A DNA stretch of 64,000 nt from assembly GCA_051294375.1 (NCBI GenBank), contig CM119263.1:6673645-6737644 (forward strand), written 5' to 3'. Made by a program: the position numbers and the translations under genes. The notes under the pieces are model-generated. The model was given only the letters and a program-made list of their open reading frames with translations, was not told the origin of the DNA and did no database searches. Below are positions 37,971-64,000 of the stretch, one piece after another (positions within the stretch are counted from its first letter, which is position 1; each line of letters begins with the position of its first letter). The DNA is from Paraspadella gotoi (Eukaryota; Animalia; Chaetognatha).

Positions 37971-38722
37971 CTATGGACAGGCTTTGGTGGTTTAAGGCCT
38001 CCATCACTCTTACAAGATAATGATATAACAGGTCCCTACAAGCTTTCAATCAAGACTTTCTCCCTATCAATGAATTATTAATTAATTTAATTTAAATTTA
38101 AATTTTTAATTTAATTTTTAATCTTTCATTTTTTTTTTCATTTTTTTATTTTTTGTTATAAAATTAGGAAGGAGAAAAAAATTATTTGATAGTTGATCTG
38201 CTTTGACCGCCATTTCATACCTTTGAAGCAATTCTCTGGACTAAGCATCTCGCCGGGCGGAGATATAAAGTCCTGACTACCAATACCATCTGGCGACACG
38301 AGAGGGAGACCCGGTCAGTCAACTGGGCCCTGCTATCTGCATTACGTGATCCCTGGGAAAGAAGCAAAAACAAACAAAAGATATTTATAAATAGAGGCAA
38401 AGACTTCATAACTCATCTTTGCTCTGCACTGGACGGGACGGCTGCCTCTTTTTTTTTTCCTTGTTTATTTGTAATTCTTTTTAGAAAATCTTCTGTGACT
38501 TTTTGTATTAGATATTGATATAGATGTTGCAGTTGCTTGCTGGTAAAAGCCACTAGAATATCTATATGCTCTGATTATTTTATTAAGGTATTAAATAATT
38601 AAAACGGGATATCACGTTACTTTCAAGATATAAGAACTTTATATAAACTTTTGGCAAAAGTTTTGCGGCGCCATTTGTCTCGGGGTACGTTTCTGTCTCT
38701 ACGTCTTCTTCCGTCTACCCCC

Positions 38723-39790
38723 GTGGTTACAGCTGGGTAGCGAGGCTGTATGAAATTTTCTGCTGTCCACCTTACTATGGCTTCAGAGTGTAGTGGTTAC
38801 AGCTGGGTAGCGAGGCTGTATGAAATTTTCTGCTGTCCACCTTACTATGGCTTCAGAGTGCCCCCCCTTCTGGGTCCTTGAGGGGTTTCTTCAGAGAAGG
38901 TTCCTCCAAGATTCTTGGGGGCGTCTTGAGAGGAAGGCTGACTGGCGAGTCCTCACAATTGGGCAATAAGCAATTAATGATCGGACCCACCAAAGTCTTT
39001 TCGATCGCTCTTACATGACATTCTCGTCTCTGATTTCTCTGATAATGAGTTTTGCCTCATTTTTTGCTTCAAATATTTCGGGGTCAATATGGTCCTCTGA
39101 ACGCATTTAAGGCTTTTTCTGAATCGTGAAAATATGTACCTGGTCCTATGACTCCATACTGACTAACCTGAACTTTCTGGGATGAGCCGTAATGATATTA
39201 TTTGGACAGTTCGGATTCGTATCTTTATTTCAAATAATCATTCTCAATTTAAAGTATTCGAGGATTGGTTGTCGCTCAAGGCTGAGAAAGAGGTTATTTT
39301 AAACGACCAAAAAAATAAAAACGATTCTGTATTGGAACTCACAGGTGTTGCAGCTGGAATTCTCTCCCTTGCTGCCTCTGACAATTCGGTTCCAATCCCG
39401 ACCTGTCTCCCATATTTTTCATTGTTCGCGAAGGCCGATGGAACTCGCCGTGACAACGGCAGAACCTGGAAGAGGAAAAAAGGGTCAGCGAAATGGAGGT
39501 GAGGCCGATGGTTGATTCGGTCTCTCGCTGTGATTGACCTCGCGGGGTCACTTCTCCTCCTCTTCCTACTCTCGGATTGTCCCAACTTCGAACTGACTTC
39601 CGATTGTCCTCGCTCCTTTGTCCAACCGACTTTAGGTTGTCCTCGAACCGCTTGTCCACACGATTCGCGAAAGAGAGGCGAGGCGCCGTCAAAGACGACC
39701 ACCGCTGTTTTTCTGCGACTGGCCAACCTAAAAATCCGTTTCGGTCAAGGCCGCGAAAACTTCAATTGATTACAGGATGACCACAGTTTA
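38723..39790 (-). mobile_element. possible decayed Gypsy-like LTR retroelement fragment ending in a tandemly duplicated ~68-bp unit (~38723-38860)
   Basis: Exact tandem duplication is visible; on the - strand it is preceded by a PPT-like GAAGGGGGGG, with an FRGPY (GPY/F-like) frame and a gag-like CRCHGEF fragment further upstream. Confidence 0.4.
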
Positions 39791-41266
39791 ATTCAAGATT
39801 AAAAAGTTCAATCGGCCAAAAAAAAAATTAAGATTTTAATTACGTGTAAAAATGAAAATAGCATTTACATTTTTTGTTGAATAACTCTTTATTAAAGTTT
39901 CATTATATACTACGTTCCTGGCAACCCTGAGAAGGAAAGGCTTTTTGTGTGATTTGCTGGTGATTAGAAAGTGACTTCTATAGTGAACCTAATTCTATAG
40001 GCGACAGCGAAATTTCGTAACATTAATACAACAGACGAAGTAACTTTTAATTCTTTAGTGAGACTGAACTGAGACTGATATGAACGCCGATGGGGTCGAT
40101 GACAACAACGACAACGAAAGCTCGGAGAATGAAAGATGGATGCTTTTGAGAAAAAAAGGCTCAGTCGCATAAGATTTGCTCCGCTGATCGAGAAGAAAGC
40201 TATCAGAATCGCTTCTAAAGTGAAATGTTATAAAGATACTTCGAGACGACTATTTTGAAAGATCTACTGTTTCGTGAAAATTTACATTTCTTATTAAAAT
40301 AAATAGCAATAAATTGTTTGACTTAACGAATGAAATTTACGAAATGCGGGCCAATTATTTTTGCTCAGAGGCAAATGTGGTTTTTTTAGATCCAGCAATA
40401 CTTTATTTTTATTATTTTCTATTATACAATGGTTGTAAACGTTATGCAAATTTTCAGATTTTAATCTATCTATGCCATAACATATTTAATAAATGTTCAA
40501 AAACTTATTTACTGTAAAATTTTAAAAACAGCTCAGTAAAAAAAAAGTATAAAAAGTAAACTGAGATTTCGAGAAAGAAAAAAAAAAAGTTCATGAATAG
40601 ATCAACCAGGATATGGGAAGAGAAAGTAACTGTTGATTTTATAAGAGGCCAGGAAGAGGAGGAGATGGAGAAAACTATGAATAGGGAAAAAAAAAATAGG
40701 AGCGGAGGAGGAGGAGGCGAGCGAAGAGCCCCAAGGGAAAGAGGAAGAGGAAGAGGATCCGTGAATGAATAGGTGAATTGAGGCGGATGAATGAATGGGG
40801 GATTTCCTGAGGCATTTTCTGAGCGTTCACGTTCATCTCTCAGCCTCGATTCGAAATCCTCGCGTTATTGCCGTCTCGAATGTCCTCGCTCCAAAACTTT
40901 TCAGTCACACCGCACAGTGGCTCACAAATTTAATATTATATATTAAGATTATTACAGTTGGAAATAAATAAGACGTTATTGAACGGTTTCCGAAGTGCCA
41001 TTCGTTCATGATTTTAGCAAACTTTTGAAATATAAAAATATGCAAGAATTCCCAAATTCACTCTTAAAGTCACTGTGCCAGGGACCCCATTGTGCCTCCC
41101 CCCGCGGTTCTCGTCGTCGTCGTCGTTGCCATCGTTCGTTTCTCCTCCGTCAGAACTGTCGTCGTTGTCGTCGTTGTCGCTGGCTTATCATTAATTTTTT
41201 TCGGTCAGAATTCCGTTGGTTAAAATCTGGTCGCGAAATGATTTGAATTTTGGGCCCAGCAACAGG

Positions 41267-59553
<18,287 letters not shown>

Positions 59554-60297
59554 AATTAGGATCCTTAGTGTTGTTAGACTTAGTACTTACGTTATACTTA
59601 TATGCTTATACAAAATGTTATGAAAAACAGGACAATTTAATTAAATTTTACAAATACTAAGAGTAAGATCGGCAATGGGTTTCGAGCTGCATCGCAATTT
59701 TCGAGTCTTGCCCCGCTCGATCCTTCCTCCTCATCCTCTTTCTTCTCCTTATCCGCCAAGGATTAATTCTCTTCCTCATATTAAATACGGTCGATGATTT
59801 TTGGCGACGACGACACGGACGACGATGACGACGACGACGGAATGACGACCACGGCAACATAGAATTCGACGACAAGGACGACGACGAAAGGCACGACGAC
59901 GAAGTTCTGTGTGATTCGGCGAAGGGATCGATCGTCGTCGTCGAATGGCATCGTCTTCGTCGTTGTCGTCGTCTCTGTCCCCATCTTCCATCGCGGTCGA
60001 AAACTCGAAATCCCGACGAAGAGAAAAACATTCGAGATTTGGACTCTCGATAAAGATCACGACAAGGAGCGTTTCGTCTTATTCTCCGATTTATTCTCGA
60101 CGTCGTCTTCATCCTCATTTTGTGGAAAGGAAATCGGAATCAAAAATCAAAAATTTTTAAAAAAAATCTTTAATAACTACTCTTTTGTTGAGTAAACTAT
60201 AAACTTTGTGTTCGTCTTTGGATTACGCGCAAAAAACTTTCTAGAATCCATCGGACCAAAACCAAAAAAAAAGACGCATCAATAAATAAATTTCAAG

Positions 60298-62334
60298 ATG
60301 AACGCGGCCGCCATGAGCGCGGCAGAAATTCAGTCCAAGTATTACCCAATGGATATTTCCAAGTACAACCCACCAGAGATGAAGCCTCCATCACCCTCTG
60401 ATCTCAAGTACAGGTATTGCCTATGCGTCGAGATGGTTGACCGTAGAGATTTCTAGAAGTCATTCACCTTTTTGTTCCACTATTTAAATTTTTTTTACTT
60501 TCATTCTAGCACTCATGAGCTTAAGTACAATCCCATGGATCTGGGTCATCACCTTTCCTCTCATCCGCTGGGACGCCAAACCTACCTTCCGCCGACTTCC
60601 TTGCCTGGCCTGCCTCCCTCTGGGTACCAGCCAGCTTCGCAGCACCCCAACGTGCACCCCGGTGTGCACCCAGGAGTGCATCCGGGTATGCATCATCCCG
60701 GAGCCCCCCCGCACCACCTGCTGCCGCACCCACCCAGCATCGCTTCTCCTCCCAGCAGCCACCACAGCCTCAATTCTCCCCCCAGTATCTCTTCGCAATC
60801 GCAGCCGTCTCCCTCGCCTTCGTCGCCGCAGTCGACGTCTCCGATTTCCTCCATCAGCGCGCAAGACAACATCAATAATAATTCAACCTGCTCCGGTGAG
60901 TCCAGCGGTTATTTAACGACATATTTTATTCTTTTTGTTTTTGGTAATATTGATAAGATTATTTTCAACGGTCTTCCCTCCTGAACAGGATCCACAACCA
61001 ATTCTAAAAAGAAGTCGGCCGCCGACGATCCCTCCCGAGTTCGTCGACCCATGAATGCCTTCATGGTTTGGAGCCGGGCTCAGCGTCGTAAGATTTCCCA
61101 AGAAAACCCAAAGATGCACAATTCGGAGATTTCCAAGATACTGGGGGAGGAGTGGAAGAAGCTGGGCGAGGCCGACAAAAGGCCCTTCATCGAGGAGGCG
61201 AAGAGACTGAGGGCGGCGCACATGAAGGTGAGATTCGCGGATTATCGCGATGACAATTTCTTAAAGGTGACGCGTTGTCAAGTCTTTTCTAACAATCCCT
61301 TTGATTTCTTTCTGTAGGAGCACCCTGACTACAAATACCAACCTCGCCGTAAAGTAAAAAAGCCTTCAAAGAAAGATGATTTTTCCATGACGACCCTCGG
61401 CGGAAACCCCTTGATGGCGGGGCAGTCGGGGGCCATGGCGGCCATGGGTTCGACGGCGGCGGCGCAGTCCTGGTCTTTGGCAGCCAACCCGTACCAGATG
61501 TCGGCGGCCATGATGCAGCATAATCCCGGAGGGTACCAGCCCAATGGACAGACCCCGGCGGTAAATAGCTACGCCTCCTACCCTGGCGCCTACAACTCAA
61601 ATACTGCAGCCGCAATGGCAAGTATGACGGCCGCAGCCGCTCCCTACATGGCCTACGGCGCCGCGGGAGCTGCAGCAGCTGCCGGCGGTGCCTACAACTA
61701 CTACGGGTTAAACGGCGCCACCACGGCGTCGCAGTCGATGGCGTCACAACCGTCGCCGACAGGAGCGCCGCCCGCCTCGCCGCCTATATCCTCGCAATCG
61801 ATGCCGAGCTCTTCATCGGCGTCTAGCGTGACTGAACCAAGGCCGCCCTCTATCCCCTCCCTGGCCGGATCCTCCATTTCCGGAACATCAATGGGTGGAT
61901 CATCGTTGACCGGACCATCCGTTCACAGCGGCAGCCTCGCGGGCTCCACACTCTCCGGAGCTTCCTTGACCGGACCGAGTCATCATGGCTCCTCGCTAAC
62001 CGGCGGTCCCCTGCCCGGTCCTTCGCTGTCCGGTCCCCATCTCTCTAGCAGTTCCCTATCGCAGTATGCCGTTTCCGGCCAATCGACCCTCCCTCACCCG
62101 TCCCCAGTTTCTCACGCCAACTCCATTCCTAGCTGGACGACGGCCTACGGGGCCCCTACCATGGATAACCGCGGCACACCCACTTCTTCGGCCCCATCAC
62201 TCTACGACTACGGTTCTGAATTAAGCAAGTCTAGCGCAGCCCTTTACGGGCAAACCGGACACGACATCTTTGGAATGTCGTCCAATTCTACAAATCCAAC
62301 TTTAGGAGGTTCGACTTCTCATCTGACGTTGTAA
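60298..62334 (+). CDS. SoxB1: SoxB (B1/SoxNeuro-like) HMG-box transcription factor, ~585 aa; exons 60298-60413, 60510-60895, 60989-61227, 61318-62334
   Basis: [41 protein letters not shown]...[10 protein letters not shown]|[15 protein letters not shown]; N-terminal EMKPP resembles the B1 ELKPP motif; the B1 versus B2 call is inference. Confidence 0.9.
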
Positions 62335-63329
62335 ATGCACCTCTCTAAAATTTTCAACAAAGCAGAATCCAAAGAAGTGTAAAGTGGAGGAAATTTCGAA
62401 ACAATCACAATTATCATAACTCTTGAAAATTGTTCATAGCACATAACTTTTGATTTTCGTTGTGTATAAATAAAAAAACGGTTTTATTCCTATCCTTAAC
62501 CTGCTTTCTTAATGTCTGATTAAATATTAATTACAAATTTATTATAATCTCCGTACTTACGTATCTGTTGTTTCCCGCCGCTGTATCATTTCCCATTGTG
62601 CGCATGTATTTTAAGACATTAATGAGCATTTATTTCATTTTGAACAAATTTATTTAAGAATAGTTTCTGACAAAAATTTTAAAAATTATTATTTATTTTA
62701 TACTTTAAATATTTTACGGGCCTATATTTAAGTTAGGAAAATGAATGAACTGCTCAATAGGTCTGCTTGAATGCTAGTCTTGCAACTACAGTTTTACAAA
62801 GACAGTATTACATGTAGCATCCTACCAAAATATAAACAAAAAAACTTTCTTGCGCTTTTATAACCTGAAACCAAGATGCCTTAAACATGTTAATACCTAA
62901 TCACTTGTATTGAGAATACGTTATTCAATGCGATTATTTGTATGTTACTTACTAGTGTTATTGATATTAAATAAAATACGAAAATGATCATATATATCTT
63001 GATGAATTATGTATACGTAGAGAAGTTATACCGACATAATTATTTAGTAGACAATGATGATTGGTATTTTCATCAACGAAGGAAGTAGGCTTGGTTAATT
63101 GAGGAGAAATTAAGTGAGTTTTATTAACATTAAACATACGAGGAGATTACGATAATTCTCTTTCCCTGCCGTCGATTTCATCAGAAGTCGGAAAACCCAA
63201 GAGAGGCAAACCATTTGGTCTATCAGATCCATCTACTGGTCCATTTCCTGCGATGTCATGTATATATTCATAATAATAATAATAAATAGTAAATTTTATA
63301 TTTTTAATAAAAGTAATTGTCTAAAATCC

Positions 63330-64000
63330 CATTCTGTATGGAACGGAATCATGACATTTTAGCAAAAAAAAAAGAGGAAAGGAAGAAGGCGAAATATTGC
63401 CGAGGGACATGGAGGAGAGTCGCTGGCAGGAGGAAGATCCCGACGCACGAATTTGAAAGACTAGTACAAAGGAAGTTTGGGTTTAAAATGGAAGCTTGTA
63501 CAAAGGAGGAAGAGATATGCGGCGATATGGAGAAGGAGAAAAGAAGGGAGGAGGTGAAGAAGAGGGAGAAATCGGAAAAAAGAATTGGATAAGTGGAAAA
63601 AGAATTGGGGGAGGAAAGAAGAAGCCCGAAGAGAAGAAAAGAAAGAGAAAGCTGAGAAAAAGAATGCAGAGAAGGAAGCCGAAATCTCTCGCCTGAAAGA
63701 AAGCTTGAAGGAGAGGGAGGCGGAGATCAACCGGCTGAAGGAGCAGGTACAGACACTCCAGGCCGAGACAAAAAAGGCCAGGCGTGCGGCGGAAAGAAAT
63801 AAGAATAAGGAGGGAGGAAAGGGGGAAGAATTGAGGAAGGAACTCGGAACTGAAAAGAGGTCAGAAGAATGAAGAAACGAAGTGAGGAAGACAGGAAAGT
63901 CGGGAAGATGGAAAAGGAGAAAGAAAAGAAAATAAGAGAAAATTGACGAGATCACAAGACGTTATTGGCAAGGAGCCCTGTTGATGCAGCTACAAAAGGA
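63330..64000 (+). other. frameshifted charged coiled-coil coding fragment, possibly a non-LTR retrotransposon ORF1 remnant
   Basis: EKEAEISRLKESLKEREAEINRLKEQVQTLQAE heptads, interrupted by stops and frameshifts; runs off the window. Confidence 0.35.

Noticed and set aside
40913-41077. CACAGTG...CACTGTG ends resembling Transib/RSS TIRs
   Set aside because: Only ~10 bp of inverted match, no nonamer and no matching 5-bp TSD

Overview
Eukaryotic (animal) genomic DNA with mostly short (~60-100 nt) introns, GC-rich exons and AT-rich introns; the species cannot be named from the sequence. The left 36 kb is densely packed housekeeping genes: the 3' end of ARID1/osa (+), U2AF1 (-), a head-to-tail + strand run CCDC112-PPIL3-CDC5L-FMO-COX10 and a head-to-tail - strand run RPL7A-RPL5-DPP8/9-orphan type II membrane protein. 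Spacers in both runs are only 130-400 bp, which looks operon-like. The right part is a ~24.7 kb stretch with no recognisable gene, rich in (GA)n microsatellites, upstream of an intron-containing SoxB1-type gene (60298-62334). Mobile elements include a TRIM-like mini LTR element, a non-autonomous DIRS element with an oddly placed ICR, HINE/DINE-1-like elements, a hAT MITE with an 8-bp TSD, and hammerhead-ribozyme remnants typical of Penelope-like elements. The most striking observation is in RPL7A intron 3: a candidate poison exon followed by three repeated K-turn-like hairpins, each burying a 5' splice site. This suggests an autoregulatory splicing/NMD switch read by the L7Ae-family protein eL8 itself. 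All exon structures and folds were derived by eye.
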